Shown here piece by piece: positions 37,234 to 48,082 of a stretch of DNA of 63,173 nucleotides (positions within the stretch are counted from its first letter, which is position 1; each line of letters starts with the position of its first letter). Location of the stretch: positions 1 to 63,173 of the forward strand of contig JAFUYI010000006.1 of assembly GCA_017470585.1 (NCBI GenBank), given 5' to 3'. A program made the position numbers and the translations under genes. The DNA is from Alphaproteobacteria bacterium (GTDB lineage: Bacteria > Pseudomonadota > Alphaproteobacteria > RF32 > CAG-239). Under the pieces are notes generated by a model, which made no database searches, was not told the DNA's origin, and saw only the letters and a list, made by a program, of their open reading frames with translations.

Positions 37234-37486
37234 GAGACTTTTCCAAAACGGCAGCAATGCCTTGCGCTAATTGGTCGGCACATGATGTTTTCTTGCCGCC
37301 GCAGTCATTGCCTTTGAGTATTGCAACGGTTTTTTGAGCGTTGCTTCCTTCCAACAGTTTGGCAATAGCGGCGGTATTGCCGGGGCATCCGCCGTAAAAT
37401 TTGATGTTATGGAGCTTGCCGTCTTCCAAAGAAAAAGAAATACGTTTCGGGCAAACGCCGTTGGTTTCAATGGTATAGTCTTTCAT
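37226..37486 (-). CDS. TSCPD-domain small protein (TIGR03905-like)
   Basis: 86 aa. ..NGVCPKRISFSLEDGKLHNIKFYGGCPGN..GNDCGGKKTSCADQLA. Confidence 0.75.
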   Translation of the reverse strand: MKDYTIETNGVCPKRISFSLEDGKLHNIKFYGGCPGNTAAIAKLLEGSNAQKTVAILKGNDCGGKKTSCADQLAQGIAAVLEKSHE

Positions 37487-37599
37487 TTTTCACGATTCTT
37501 TTGTTAAATTTTTGTTTTCCGTATGCTATCACTTTGGAATTTAATATCAAGAGCAACCCTCAAACCTTTAACAACTTTGTGAGAAGAAATCTTTAAAAA

Positions 37600-37626
37600 G
37601 CGGAGAGGTTAAAATTTCCTCTCCGC
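37600..37626 (-). terminator. Intrinsic terminator of P8
   Basis: Minus-strand RNA GCGGAGAGG-AAATTTTAA-CCTCTCCGC followed by TTTTT. Confidence 0.8.
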
Positions 37627-37637
37627 CTGATTTATGA

Positions 37638-38111
37638 TTACGGATGATAGGTAATCATAATGCTGCCGAAGTCATGCGTTCCCGCGCTCGGCGCACCGCC
37701 GGAATAGTTTATTTGATAATCAACATCAAATTCGTTATCTGTTCCTGTAGTTACTACACTAAAACCATTAATCCTTAACGTATCATGAGTAAGCTCACTC
37801 GGCGATATGGTAAAACTGTTTTCTGCGGCATATTCATCATCGGGAACCGTTGCCGTAAATGCTCCCCGAACGGCTGTGCACATTCCTAAATAATTTTCGG
37901 GATTGCTATCCCCTGCAGTACACCAACCTTCCCCAATACTTGTTACCGCCGGATCGACCACTGCGTAAATGTCAATATCATTAACCTTGGTTAAGCTTAC
38001 ATCGTGAGCAATGGTTGCGGTAACGCTCATTGTCGCCGAGTTGCCGGCATAGGCACAATATGAGCCTAGAGCAACCGCGGCAACGCCAAGTAATAAAATA
38101 TATTTGTTCAT
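37638..38111 (-). CDS. Secreted DUF4402-like protein, paralog P8
   Basis: 157 aa. GNSATMSVTATIAHDVSL. Divergent body, ..GSIMITYHP. Belongs to the subtype without CGGL. Confidence 0.9.
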   Translation of the reverse strand: MNKYILLLGVAAVALGSYCAYAGNSATMSVTATIAHDVSLTKVNDIDIYAVVDPAVTSIGEGWCTAGDSNPENYLGMCTAVRGAFTATVPDDEYAAENSFTISPSELTHDTLRINGFSVVTTGTDNEFDVDYQINYSGGAPSAGTHDFGSIMITYHP

Positions 38112-38381
38112 ATTAAAACTTCCTTTCTTTAGTTTATTATAACTTTAATAAAAGAAACCACCTCTTGGAGTATTTCTCCGCGAGGTGGTCGGAAGTTCAC
38201 AACTATCAGTTATAATAGTCCTGCGTATTTGTGAAATCACTTATTTCGCAAGCTTCCGACCATAAGCCGGATACAAACCAAATAACGTTTTGGTAAACGA
38301 TAGCTGAGAGGTTGTGACACCTCAAAGCAGAATTTTCCCTGCTTCGATTTTTAAGCTAGCATAAAAAATCTTTTATGTCAA
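38112..38381 (-). promoter_or_regulatory. Promoter and structured 5' leader, copy L8 (controls P8)
   Basis: On the minus strand: -35 TTGACA (38376-81), 17 nt, -10 TAGCTT (38353-58). P0 is AAGCAG/CTGCTT. P1 arms TCACAAC..TCAGCTA pair with TAACTGA..GTTGTGA (one mismatch). P4 is CTTGCG/CGCAGG with a distal GTGA/TCAC hairpin. Confidence 0.72.
38151..38189 (-). terminator. Intrinsic terminator (attenuator) inside leader L8
   Basis: RNA ACCACCT/AGGTGGT stem with an inner GGAG/CTCC pairing, followed by TTTCTTTT. Confidence 0.7.
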
Positions 38382-38421
38382 AGAAAATTTATATTTTTTT
38401 TATTCGCGATCGATTCGCCGA

Positions 38422-38516
38422 TAAAAAATGCGCCTTGCATTTTGGGCTGCAAGGCGCAGTCTTCTGCCGGTAAGTTGATTGGGGGTCAAGACTGTGAATG
38501 GCAGAAAACTGACTTC
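38422..38516 (-). ncRNA. Candidate ~95-nt small RNA (orphan promoter plus terminator)
   Basis: On the minus strand: -35 TTGCGT (38541-46), 17 nt, -10 TAAAAT (38518-23). Hairpin TCTGCC..GGCAGA. Strong terminator TGCGCCTTGCA-GCCCAAAA-TGCAAGGCGCA followed by TTTTTT. There is no ORF. Confidence 0.3.
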
Positions 38517-38623
38517 ATTTTATATTAAATTTTCAAATAACGCAAGGGCATATTTTTTTTAGTGGAAAAATATTTTTTCTTGTACTAAAATCAAAGACGA
38601 ACACAATGATTAACGGGGGATAA

Positions 38624-39403
38624 ATGAAAATCGGTGTTTTTGATTCCGGCTTGGGAGGATTGGTAATTACCAAAGCTTTTATATCCGAATTAAAGGAATA
38701 TGATTATTTATATTACGGCGATTCGGCACATCTTCCGTACGGTGATAAAACTTCCGGTCAAATTTTAAAATACACTCTGCAATCCCTGCGGTATATGATA
38801 GCACAAGACTGCAAGCTGATTATAATGGCGTGCAATACGGCAACGGCGGTAACTTTGCGCTATGTTCAACAGCGATTTATTCCCGCATTTGCTCCTCAAG
38901 TTAAGGTATTAGGGGTGGTTATCCCAACCGTTGAAGTTGCCGCTCAAGACGGAGCAAAAAAAATCGGCGTGGTGGCAACCTCGGCAACTATTCGTTCGCA
39001 CATCTATCAAACCGAACTCTTAAAAATCAATCCTGCTTTGCAAATCAAGGAAATTGCCGCCCCGGAATTGGTGCCGCTGATTGAAAAAAATAAATTTTCC
39101 TATGCCGCCGAGTTTGTAAAAGAATATTGCCGCACATTTGCCGATTGCGACAGCCTGATTTTGGGCTGTACGCATTATCCGCTGCTGAAAACTTATTTCC
39201 GGAGTTTTTTGCCGGATGTAAAAATTGTCTCACAAGATGAATTGATGTCCCAAAAACTCCGTGATTATCTTTTCCGCCATCCGGAGATTGAAAAATTTTT
39301 GGGCAAAAATTATCAGCGCATATTTAAGGTTAGTTCGCTTAATCTGCACTCTCGCAAGGTGGCTTCCCGACTTTTCCCCGAAATTGTTCTGTTAAAAGCT
39401 TAA
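38624..39403 (+). CDS. murI: Glutamate racemase
   Basis: IGVFDSGLGGL..ACNTA..LGCTHYPLL. Confidence 0.95.
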   Translation: MKIGVFDSGLGGLVITKAFISELKEYDYLYYGDSAHLPYGDKTSGQILKYTLQSLRYMIAQDCKLIIMACNTATAVTLRYVQQRFIPAFAPQVKVLGVVIPTVEVAAQDGAKKIGVVATSATIRSHIYQTELLKINPALQIKEIAAPELVPLIEKNKFSYAAEFVKEYCRTFADCDSLILGCTHYPLLKTYFRSFLPDVKIVSQDELMSQKLRDYLFRHPEIEKFLGKNYQRIFKVSSLNLHSRKVASRLFPEIVLLKA

Positions 39404-39473
39404 AACCTTGTCTTGCCAAACGGATTTTTTTTATCTATTTATAAGTATCAATATTTTTTATAAGGATTAAAAT

Positions 39474-39998
39474 ATGACAACCATTTTATGCGTTCGCAAA
39501 GACGGCGAGGTCGTTATGGCCGGTGACGGACAGGCAACCTTGGGGGAGACGGTTATTTTTAAGTCCCATTCCGTTAAAGTCCGCCGTATCGGTAATTCCC
39601 AAATTATTGCCGGATTCGCCGGTACTGCCGCCGATGGTATAACCTTAATCGAGCGTTTGGAAGCAAAGCTTGAAAAACACGCCTACCAGCTCAAACGCGC
39701 CGCCGTGGAACTTGCCAAAGATTGGCGTACCGATAAATATTTGCGCCAATTGCAGGCTTTTATGATTGTTGCCGATAAAGATGTATCGCTTGTTATTTCC
39801 GGCACCGGAGAAGTAATGGAACCCGATGACGGCATTATCGGTATCGGCTCGGGCGGCAACTATGCCTTCGCCGCGGCAAAAGCCTTGATCGACATTCCGC
39901 AGATGAAAGCTGAAGAAATCGCCCGTAAAGCATTAAAAATTGCCGGCGATATAGATGTTTACACCAACCATAATATAACTGTTGAAAAGGTTTCATAA
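39474..39998 (+). CDS. hslV: ATP-dependent protease subunit HslV
   Basis: [24 protein letters not shown] (N-terminal Thr active site). Confidence 0.97.
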   Translation: MTTILCVRKDGEVVMAGDGQATLGETVIFKSHSVKVRRIGNSQIIAGFAGTAADGITLIERLEAKLEKHAYQLKRAAVELAKDWRTDKYLRQLQAFMIVADKDVSLVISGTGEVMEPDDGIIGIGSGGNYAFAAAKALIDIPQMKAEEIARKALKIAGDIDVYTNHNITVEKVS

Positions 39999-40001
39999 AA
40001 A

Positions 40002-41318
40002 ATGAGCAAGACTAATTTTACACCCCGCGAGATTGTTTCGGAATTAGACCGCTATATCATCGGGCAGGATGATGCTAAAAAAGCAGTGGCCATCGCTTTG
40101 CGTAACCGCTGGCGGCGTATGCTGGTTGAAGAAAGCTTACGCGAGGAAATCGTTCCGAAGAATATTTTAATGATAGGACCTACCGGAGTTGGAAAAACTG
40201 AAATATCCCGTCGTTTGGCAAAATTAGCACAGGCTCCGTTTATCAAGGTTGAGGCGACCAAATTTACCGAAATCGGCTATGTCGGGCGGGATGTGGAATC
40301 AATTATCCGCGACCTTTTGGACATTGCTATTGCCCAAAACAAGCAAAGACTTCGTAAAGAAGTTGAGAAAAAAGCCGTCGTTTCAACCGAAGAACGTCTG
40401 GTTGAAGCTCTGGTGGGACTGTCTTCCGGAGAGGAAACCAAAGAAAAATTCCGCAGGCTTCTGCGTGAGGAAAAATTGGAGGACAAAAATATTGAAATCG
40501 CACTTATCGACAATCAAAGCAATTCCATGGCTATGACCGATATTCCGGGAATGCCCGGCGCGTCAATGGGAATGATAAATTTGGGCGATATTTTGGGAAA
40601 ATCCATGGGCGAAAGGTACAAAACCCGCAGTATGAGTGTTGCAGATGCCAGAAAAGCGGTTATGCAGGAAGAGTGCGACAAGTTGATTGATGATGAGAAA
40701 GCCATTTCTGATTCGATTAAAGATGTTGAAAATGACGGCATAGTTTTTATTGATGAAATTGATAAAATCTGCGCTCATGATGACCGCCGCAGAGGTGATG
40801 TCGCCACAGAGGGCGTACAGCGCGATCTGTTGCCGCTTATCGAAGGCACGACGGTTGCCACCAAACACGGTATGGTTAAAACCGACCATATTTTATTTAT
40901 ATGTTCGGGGGCTTTCCATCTCTCCAAACCTGCCGATTTACTGCCGGAATTGCAGGGAAGACTGCCGATAAGGGTGGAATTGAATGCCTTAAAACACGAT
41001 GATTTTGTGCGGATTTTAACCGAACCGGAAGCAAACCTTATTGCCCAGTATAAAGCATTGCTCAAAACCGAGAATGTGGAGTTGGAATTTTTGCCGGAGG
41101 CGATTGATAAAATTGCCGATGTGGCGGTGCAGATTAACGAAAATGTTGAAAATATCGGCGCACGCCGCTTACACACCGTGTTGGAAATTTTGCTTGAGGA
41201 TATAAGCTTTTGCGCCTCGGATAAGAGCGGACAGAAAGTGGTTATCACGCCCGAAACGGTTGATGAAAAATTATCCCGCTATACTCAAGCCGGCGATTTA
41301 TCAAAGTTTATCCTTTAA
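40002..41318 (+). CDS. hslU: ATP-dependent protease ATPase subunit HslU
   Basis: [43 protein letters not shown]. Confidence 0.97.
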   Translation: MSKTNFTPREIVSELDRYIIGQDDAKKAVAIALRNRWRRMLVEESLREEIVPKNILMIGPTGVGKTEISRRLAKLAQAPFIKVEATKFTEIGYVGRDVESIIRDLLDIAIAQNKQRLRKEVEKKAVVSTEERLVEALVGLSSGEETKEKFRRLLREEKLEDKNIEIALIDNQSNSMAMTDIPGMPGASMGMINLGDILGKSMGERYKTRSMSVADARKAVMQEECDKLIDDEKAISDSIKDVENDGIVFIDEIDKICAHDDRRRGDVATEGVQRDLLPLIEGTTVATKHGMVKTDHILFICSGAFHLSKPADLLPELQGRLPIRVELNALKHDDFVRILTEPEANLIAQYKALLKTENVELEFLPEAIDKIADVAVQINENVENIGARRLHTVLEILLEDISFCASDKSGQKVVITPETVDEKLSRYTQAGDLSKFIL

Positions 41319-42403
41319 TGCGTCGTTTGGGAATTTATATTCATTGGCCGTATTGCAAAAGCAAATGTCCGTATTGCGGATTTTTCAGCCGTGTGCAAAC
41401 CTTAGCCGATGAGGATGAGATTATTGCCTCCTACCTTGAGGACTTGCGGTTTTACCGTGCATTCAATGATGAGTATAAAGTCGCAAGCATATTTTTCGGG
41501 GGAGGCACCCCATCGCTTATGGCACCGAGAAATATCGCCCGATTGATTGATGAAATTATGAGCCTTTGGAAGACAGATGATAATTTAGAAATATCATTGG
41601 AGGCTAACCCCAATACCAATCATCAAAATTTATTTTCAGACCTTCAAAAAGCCGGTGTCAACAGACTATCCTTGGGAGTGCAGGCTCTTGACGATGAGGG
41701 ATTGAAAATTTTGGGACGCACCCATAATTATCGGCAGGCTTTGGATTCGATTGCCGAAATAAAGGAAATTTTTTTAAACCACTCTATGGACCTTATTTAT
41801 GCAAGACCTCATCAAAGCTTATCTTCTTGGCAAAAAGAGCTGGAGAAAGCTTGCGGATTTGGTCTAAAGCATTTATCGCTTTATCAATTAACGATTGAGG
41901 AAAATACCGAATTTTTCCGCCGCGGGATTAAAAGCATTGATGATGAATTATCTCTTGAATTTTATCGTATTGCTCGGGAAATTACGGCACAGTACGGTTA
42001 TAATTGCTATGAGGTTTCAAATTATGCTCTTCAAGGCTTTGAGTGCAGGCACAATCTCGGTTATTGGCAGGGCTGTGACTATGTGGGAGTGGGAGAGGGA
42101 GCCGTCGGACGGATAAGAAACAAGGAACAATTTTTTCATCTTGAACACCGCAGGCACTTGGTGCCGTTAAGCACAAAGGAGAGGGCGGAAGAACTGCTGA
42201 TTATGGGACTGCGCTTAAAAACCGGATTGAATAAAAAACTTTTCTTTCAGCAATGCGGGATAAACTTGTCGGAAATCATTGACCATAATAAAACAGCAAT
42301 TCTGGAAGAGGAGGGGTTTCTTTACAATTTTCAAGACAAACTTTGCTTGAGCGATAAAGGCTATAATCTCATTGATTATATCGTTGCACAAATTATAAAA
42401 TAA
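41318..42403 (+). CDS. hemW: Radical SAM heme chaperone HemW (HemN-like)
   Basis: YIHWPYCKSKCPYCGF (CxxxCxxC). TAATG overlap with hslU. Confidence 0.9.
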   Translation: MRRLGIYIHWPYCKSKCPYCGFFSRVQTLADEDEIIASYLEDLRFYRAFNDEYKVASIFFGGGTPSLMAPRNIARLIDEIMSLWKTDDNLEISLEANPNTNHQNLFSDLQKAGVNRLSLGVQALDDEGLKILGRTHNYRQALDSIAEIKEIFLNHSMDLIYARPHQSLSSWQKELEKACGFGLKHLSLYQLTIEENTEFFRRGIKSIDDELSLEFYRIAREITAQYGYNCYEVSNYALQGFECRHNLGYWQGCDYVGVGEGAVGRIRNKEQFFHLEHRRHLVPLSTKERAEELLIMGLRLKTGLNKKLFFQQCGINLSEIIDHNKTAILEEEGFLYNFQDKLCLSDKGYNLIDYIVAQIIK

Positions 42404-42427
42404 TCCCCTCCGCTTCTTATTTTCCCA

Positions 42428-42901
42428 TTAACTCGGAGTATAAGTAAAACGAACGGTTGAAGTATAGGTCGCTTCAGCAGGTACGGATTCGTATTTAATA
42501 CGCCCCTCAACAGGACAAGTGGTCGCTGTGCATTCAGCAGTGTGTACTCTAGGATCATTTTCATTGTGCCACGATACCGGTGCGGCAAAAGGGGTAACAA
42601 TTTCTTTTGTGAAACTGAAACCCGAAGCCGGAAAAGTCCCGACAATAGTTCCATACTGATCATCGGTTATTGATAATACTCCACCATCAAAGGTAGCCTG
42701 GACTATGCCAACGGCAATATTTCCTTCCGCGATACTCGGGTTGATGGTAACAGTGCCGAAGCTTAAAGGCTGTCCGACCGATAAACTCACATCGTGAGCA
42801 ATCGTTGCCGTTACGGTCATTGTTGCCGAATTGGTGGCATATGCGCAATATGAACCAAGCGCGACTGTTGCAACGCCTAACATTAAAAAATATTTATTCA
42901 T
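42428..42901 (-). CDS. Secreted DUF4402-like protein, paralog P9
   Basis: 157 aa. TNSATMTVTATIAHDVSL, GTVTINP, ..TVRFTYTPS. Belongs to the subtype without CGGL. Confidence 0.9.
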   Translation of the reverse strand: MNKYFLMLGVATVALGSYCAYATNSATMTVTATIAHDVSLSVGQPLSFGTVTINPSIAEGNIAVGIVQATFDGGVLSITDDQYGTIVGTFPASGFSFTKEIVTPFAAPVSWHNENDPRVHTAECTATTCPVEGRIKYESVPAEATYTSTVRFTYTPS

Positions 42902-43160
42902 TACAAAAACTTCCTTTTTTTATTAAAGTTATAATAAAGAAACCACCTTTTGGCTCTTGAAAGCCGCGAGGTGGCTGGAAGCTGACAACTGTTGTAAGGA
43001 ACAGTGTCGGGTATTCTTTATATTCCCCGACCTTCCAACCATAGAACGGTTAGAAGCAATTTTCTGTCTTGTTCGGACACCTTACAAGAGGCTGTCAGAC
43101 CTCAAAACGAAATTTTCTCCGTTTCGGAATTAAACTAGCACATTTTTAAACTTAAATCAA
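42902..43160 (-). promoter_or_regulatory. Promoter and structured 5' leader, copy L9 (controls P9)
   Basis: On the minus strand: -35 TTGATT (43155-60), 17 nt, -10 TAGTTT (43132-37). P0 is AAACG/CGTTT. P1 arms CTGACAGC..TTGTAAGG pair with CCTTACAA..GTTGTCAG (one G-U). P4 is GTCGG/CCGAC. Confidence 0.75.
42934..42975 (-). terminator. Intrinsic terminator (attenuator) inside leader L9
   Basis: RNA CCACCT/AGGTGG stem with an inner GGCT/AGCC pairing, followed by TTTCTTTATT. Confidence 0.65.
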
Positions 43161-43192
43161 GCAAAAAAATTAAATATCTTTATATAATGTCA

Positions 43193-43224
43193 AAAACCCG
43201 CGGGAGAATGTTCCCGCGGGTTTT
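43193..43224 (-). terminator. Intrinsic terminator downstream of ftsZ
   Basis: AAAACCCGCGGGA-loop-TCCCGCGGGTTTT. It is symmetric, so it could act in both directions. Confidence 0.85.
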
Positions 43225-43239
43225 AGTGAAAGAGTTTTT

Positions 43240-44916
43240 TTATTTCCGACGCAAGAACGAGGGAATATCAAGATTGTTTTTTTCTTCATCGCTGTTAAAC
43301 GACGGCGTAACAGGTTCTTGATAATGCTGTTCCTGTTCCAGTTTCTTTTTGCGGTTTCGTTTGGCAATGGAGAATCCGGTTACACGTTCAATCAATGTCG
43401 GTGTATATTCTTCCTCCTCATTGACAATCAGCTTTTCGCTTTCTTCAATCCGCGGTGCGGGAGCGAAAATCTGCGGATTATCGGCAAACAATTCCGGCTC
43501 TTCCTCATCCATAAAATGCGGTGTATTCTTGGAAGAGAAATTGTTGCTCTGTGATAACAGCGCGTTTTCAAACTGCTCATCTATATCATTATGTTCGCCT
43601 TTATTGATTACGGCGTTAAACAAAGATGAAGCTTGAGGAATATCGTTGATAACAGCGGAAGTATCATCGGAAGAGGTTTCATTGTTGAGTAAATCATCAA
43701 TCACCGCGGTCGGCTCTTTGTTTTCTTCATCGCTTTCCAAAGAGATGTCTTCAATCGGGGTTTCTTCTTCCTTGCTTTCTTCCGGGCTGACGGTATTGTT
43801 TTCTTCAATCGCGTTTTTAGCGGCGAATTTGGCCAAATGCGAGTCCATTTCCTCGCTGGGGGTTGTTATCAGCGAGCTTTCTTGGGCATAGCTTTCTTCC
43901 AAATAATTAACGGGTTTGGCTGAAGGCAAGGCGCGTGTTCCCATAGTGTCATCAATTCCGGTGGCAACGATGGAAACGCGGATTTTGCCGCTTAAATTAT
44001 CATCATAGCTGGAGCCGAAAATAATATTGGCGTCTTCTCCTACTTCTTCCTTAATGCGGTTGGCGGCTTCATCAACCTCAAACAAAGTCAAATCAGGTCC
44101 GCCGGTGATGTTAATCAAAACGCCCTTGGAACCGTTCATATTGCTGTTGTCAAGCAACGGATTGGACAAAGCCTGTTCGGCGGCGCGGATGGCTCTCTCA
44201 TCACCATCGGCCTCTCCTGTTCCCATAATAGCCTTGCCTTTATCCTGCATAATGCTCTTAATGTCGGCAAAATCAAGGTTGATAAGACCGGGCATCATCA
44301 TCAAATCGGTAATGGAACGAACGCCCGAATACAAAACGTTATCCGCTAATTTAAAAGCATCAACGAAAGTGGTGTTTTTGTCGGCAACGCGGAATAAGTT
44401 TTGGTTGGGGATAATGATTATACTGTCAACACAGGTAATAAACTCATCAACGGCCTTTTCGGCAGTCTGATAACGTTTTTTGCCCTCAAACTGGAACGGT
44501 TTGGTGATAACGCCTACGGTTAAGATACCTTTCTGCTTGGCGATACGGGCAATCACCGGAGCTGCACCTGAGCCGGTTCCGCCCCCCATTCCGGCGGTGA
44601 TGAATACCATGTTGGCACCTTCAAGTTCTTTTTCGATTTCGGCTTGAGCTTCTTCTGCGGCAGCGCGTCCGACCTCGGGGCAGGCTCCGGCTCCGAGACC
44701 GTGGGTTGTTTCGATTCCCAGCTGAATCTTGCGGCTGCACTTGGAGTTTTCCAAGGCTTGAGCATCGGTGTTGGCAACAATGAAATCAACGCCTTCAAGC
44801 TTTTTTTCAATCATATTGTTGACGGCATTTCCGCCTCCGCCGCCGACTCCTATTACGGAAATGCGCGGTTTGAGGGTTATCATATTGGTTTCTGGTACAG
44901 CTAGTGTAACGGGCAT
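43240..44916 (-). CDS. ftsZ: Cell division protein FtsZ
   Basis: ..[34 protein letters not shown].. Long acidic linker and C-terminal DIPSFLRRK peptide. Confidence 0.97.
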   Translation of the reverse strand: MPVTLAVPETNMITLKPRISVIGVGGGGGNAVNNMIEKKLEGVDFIVANTDAQALENSKCSRKIQLGIETTHGLGAGACPEVGRAAAEEAQAEIEKELEGANMVFITAGMGGGTGSGAAPVIARIAKQKGILTVGVITKPFQFEGKKRYQTAEKAVDEFITCVDSIIIIPNQNLFRVADKNTTFVDAFKLADNVLYSGVRSITDLMMMPGLINLDFADIKSIMQDKGKAIMGTGEADGDERAIRAAEQALSNPLLDNSNMNGSKGVLINITGGPDLTLFEVDEAANRIKEEVGEDANIIFGSSYDDNLSGKIRVSIVATGIDDTMGTRALPSAKPVNYLEESYAQESSLITTPSEEMDSHLAKFAAKNAIEENNTVSPEESKEEETPIEDISLESDEENKEPTAVIDDLLNNETSSDDTSAVINDIPQASSLFNAVINKGEHNDIDEQFENALLSQSNNFSSKNTPHFMDEEEPELFADNPQIFAPAPRIEESEKLIVNEEEEYTPTLIERVTGFSIAKRNRKKKLEQEQHYQEPVTPSFNSDEEKNNLDIPSFLRRK

Positions 44917-44994
44917 AGGTTCACTCCCAAATTTAATGGTGATAATCTTTTTGGCTCATAATATGCCAAAGTGTTTAAGGTTTAGTTACCAAAA

Positions 44995-46260
44995 TTAAAA
45001 ATTTTGCTTAATCCAGTTCATAATACGGTTAAATCTTGAACCGTCGTTGTTTAACGGCTTGGAAATAATTTTGTTGGGTTTTTTCTCGGTATAGTTCAAA
45101 ACAAACAATAAAAGTCCGATAACCGTTGAAAATGAGGGATCCTGAAAACGCGGATAACTTGAAATATCAAGAATATTTCCGATACTTCTGGGGCGCCCCA
45201 AGCGCACCTGCCGGTCAAAGGCCATTGAAGCAACATCGCGGATTCCCGTAAGCTGGCTGGTGCCTCCGGTCAAAACTATGCGATTGGTGCAAATGGCGTT
45301 GCCGCCCTCAATGAATTTATCTTTAACCATTTCAAAAATTTCTTCAATCCGCGAAGATATGATATGAATCAATTCGGACTTGGGAACTTGTTTAATGGAG
45401 CTGTCATCTTCTTCCCCGACCGGATAAACGTTAATCATTTCGTTTTTATCCTGCGTGGTTAAAAAAGCGCAGCCGTGCAAGGTTTTTAAGTGTTCGGCAT
45501 GGGCAAATGAGGTAAGCAGCCCCCACGCAATATCGTTGGTAACATTGTTGCCTCCGACCCCGAGAGATCCGAAATAGGTGGGGTGTCCGTGCTTAAAACT
45601 GGCAATGCTGGTTGTTCCGCCGCCAATATCTATAACGGTTGCGCCCAATTCTTTTTCGTCATCAACAAGACAGGCTAATCCCGAGGCATACGGCGAAATG
45701 ACTTTTTCGGCAATCTCGAGATGCGAATTGTCAAGCACGGTTTTGGTGTTGCGATAGGTTATATCAGGTACTAATCCCAGCAAGACATCAACCGATAAGT
45801 TTTCTCCGAAGAGATTGCGTGGGTCAATGGTTTCTTCGCCGTGATCAATCTTATAGCCCATCGGCAGGCAGTGGATAAGCTCATTGTTTTCCACATTTAT
45901 ACGGTAAATGCCTTTTTCAATGACTTTTTTAATTTCCAAATCGCTGATGGGTTTAGTCTTATTCAGGCTGATTTCCGCGGTGCGGTTGCGGCTCTTTATG
46001 TCTTTGCCGGAGATGTTGACGATAATTCTTTCCACTCTCTCGCTTGCCATCTGTTCGGCACTTTCAATCGCATCGCAGACCGAATAGGTTGCTTGCCGTA
46101 TATCGGTTACGATTCCGTTTTTTATGCCTTTTGAGGCATTATAGCCGAATCCCGCAATCGTTATTTTGCGGTCACGGCTTACTCTGGCAATAACGCAGCA
46201 CACCTTGGACGAACCGATGTCCAAAGCGGCAATTAAAGTCTGTCGATTAAAAGAATTCAT
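44995..46260 (-). CDS. ftsA: Cell division protein FtsA
   Basis: ..IAALDIGSSKVCCVIA..VIDIGGGTTSIA.. ATG at 46260 with GAGAGGGA upstream. The ORF is open up to 46296. Confidence 0.93.
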   Translation of the reverse strand: MNSFNRQTLIAALDIGSSKVCCVIARVSRDRKITIAGFGYNASKGIKNGIVTDIRQATYSVCDAIESAEQMASERVERIIVNISGKDIKSRNRTAEISLNKTKPISDLEIKKVIEKGIYRINVENNELIHCLPMGYKIDHGEETIDPRNLFGENLSVDVLLGLVPDITYRNTKTVLDNSHLEIAEKVISPYASGLACLVDDEKELGATVIDIGGGTTSIASFKHGHPTYFGSLGVGGNNVTNDIAWGLLTSFAHAEHLKTLHGCAFLTTQDKNEMINVYPVGEEDDSSIKQVPKSELIHIISSRIEEIFEMVKDKFIEGGNAICTNRIVLTGGTSQLTGIRDVASMAFDRQVRLGRPRSIGNILDISSYPRFQDPSFSTVIGLLLFVLNYTEKKPNKIISKPLNNDGSRFNRIMNWIKQNF

Positions 46261-46276
46261 TTCGCCGATTCCCTCT

Positions 46277-47161
46277 CTAAATCCCATGTTCCTCACTTTT
46301 GCGCAGTCCCGAGAACTCTTCCGCCGAGAGTTTGCGCGGTGTAACCAAAACCTTGTGGGAAAATCTTAAATCAATGATGGTTAATTTACGTTTAAGAAGT
46401 CCGCGGCTTTTGCTTAATTTGAGTAATTTTTTCCACGCCTTATCCGCTTTATTGGCGGGGAGTTTTACGGTTATGCCTTCTTCCAAGTCATCAAGGATTA
46501 TATTCCAGCGTCGTGCGGAAATAAAATTAACCGCCTTTACTCTTGCAAAAATCTCCTCGTTGGTTTTGATGATTTTTAACAGCTCGTTTAAGTTTTCGGG
46601 TGCGTTTCTTCCCACCACCAACAACAGAGGGATATTGGGGATTTTTTCGGTGTTGATTACATTTCCCTCGGTGTCAATGGGATAAAAACGGTTTTGGTGC
46701 TGCCAGATAGCCTGAATTTGCCGCTCAACCAAATTTATTTTGATGACATTGGGGAGATATGACCTCTCAACGACGGCTTTCTTGACCCAAGGCAGCTGTT
46801 CCAAATCAAGGCGTATCTGTTGGAGGTCGGGTGCAAAAATATTATCTCCGCGTCGAAGACCGACTACATTGTTTATTTCTTCAATCGGTGTTTTTGAGCG
46901 TCCGAAAACCAAAACATCATCAACCGTAAGCCCCAAACGTGTGGTTACTTCCAAAAAATAATCGGAAACGGAAGTTAATTTTTGGCTTACAAAGTTGGTT
47001 TTGACGATATATATTCCCAGAGATACCGCCCCGATAATTCCCAACAACAAAATATTGCCCAGTAAACGATACGGCCATAAGCGAGGCAGATAAACTTTCA
47101 GACTCTCATCTACCTTTTGCGCCGGAATAGTTTCCGTTATTTTTTTCTTAAAAAAACGCAT
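46277..47161 (-). CDS. ftsQ: Cell division protein FtsQ
   Basis: N-terminal TM helix, then POTRA and FtsQ-type domains. Located between murB and ftsA. Confidence 0.88.
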   Translation of the reverse strand: MRFFKKKITETIPAQKVDESLKVYLPRLWPYRLLGNILLLGIIGAVSLGIYIVKTNFVSQKLTSVSDYFLEVTTRLGLTVDDVLVFGRSKTPIEEINNVVGLRRGDNIFAPDLQQIRLDLEQLPWVKKAVVERSYLPNVIKINLVERQIQAIWQHQNRFYPIDTEGNVINTEKIPNIPLLLVVGRNAPENLNELLKIIKTNEEIFARVKAVNFISARRWNIILDDLEEGITVKLPANKADKAWKKLLKLSKSRGLLKRKLTIIDLRFSHKVLVTPRKLSAEEFSGLRKSEEHGI

Positions 47162-48082
47162 TTACTTTTCAACACCCACTTTTTTTATTTCCCATTCCAA
47201 AGTAATGTATGTTTTTTGTCTTACACGTTCAACTATCATATCTCCCAGTGTTTCAATATCTTTGGCGGTTGCGTTGCCATCGTTAATTAAAAAATTGCAA
47301 TGTTTTTCGGAAACTTTGGCACCTCCGACCTGAAGGTCCTGACAACCGGATTTTTTTATCAATTCCCATGCCCGCAAGCCTTGCGGATTCTTAAAAGTCG
47401 AACCGGCGGTTTTTTGGTTATAAGGCTGATTGGCTTTGCGGTAACGTTTATGCTCTTCAAGGGTTTGTTCAATCTCTTCTTTTGAAGAAACAAAAGCCTT
47501 GAAAGTAATGGATATAATAATCCAATCATCGGGAAAACAGCTGCTTCGGTATCCCAGTTCCAAATCTTTCACACCGATTTTCTTGATTTCTCCGGCTCCG
47601 TTTATGATGGTTGCCGCAACAATCACATCTTTGACCTCGCGGCCGAAACATCCGGCGTTGGTCTTAACCGAGCCGCCGATAACTCCGGGAATTGAACATA
47701 AAAATTCAAGCCCTCCCAAACGGTTGGCAATTAAATGTTTTTTTAATTCAATATTTCTTAAACCCGCGCCGCAGGTGATTTCATCATTTAGGACTTTGAC
47801 TTCCTTAAAAGCCGGAGCATCAAGCTTGATAACAACTCCCGGTATGCCTCCGTCGCGTACCAAAAGGTTGGAGCCGCCGCCAATTAAAAATACCGGTACA
47901 TTGCGCGGCCGTTCTCTCATAAAATGCGCCAAGTCCTCCGGCGATTTGGGAATATACATAATTTCGGCATCTCCTCCGACCCCGAACCATGTGTGTTTGG
48001 CCATATTTACATTGCACAAATATTTGCCCTTAACCCGCGGCAAAATTTTTAACAGCGGATTGGTTGTAAAAAAATTAAACAT
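47162..48082 (-). CDS. murB: UDP-N-acetylenolpyruvoylglucosamine reductase
   Basis: ..FLIGGGSNLLV..GAGEI..RSS..AGSTFKNP. Confidence 0.95.
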   Translation of the reverse strand: MFNFFTTNPLLKILPRVKGKYLCNVNMAKHTWFGVGGDAEIMYIPKSPEDLAHFMRERPRNVPVFLIGGGSNLLVRDGGIPGVVIKLDAPAFKEVKVLNDEITCGAGLRNIELKKHLIANRLGGLEFLCSIPGVIGGSVKTNAGCFGREVKDVIVAATIINGAGEIKKIGVKDLELGYRSSCFPDDWIIISITFKAFVSSKEEIEQTLEEHKRYRKANQPYNQKTAGSTFKNPQGLRAWELIKKSGCQDLQVGGAKVSEKHCNFLINDGNATAKDIETLGDMIVERVRQKTYITLEWEIKKVGVEK

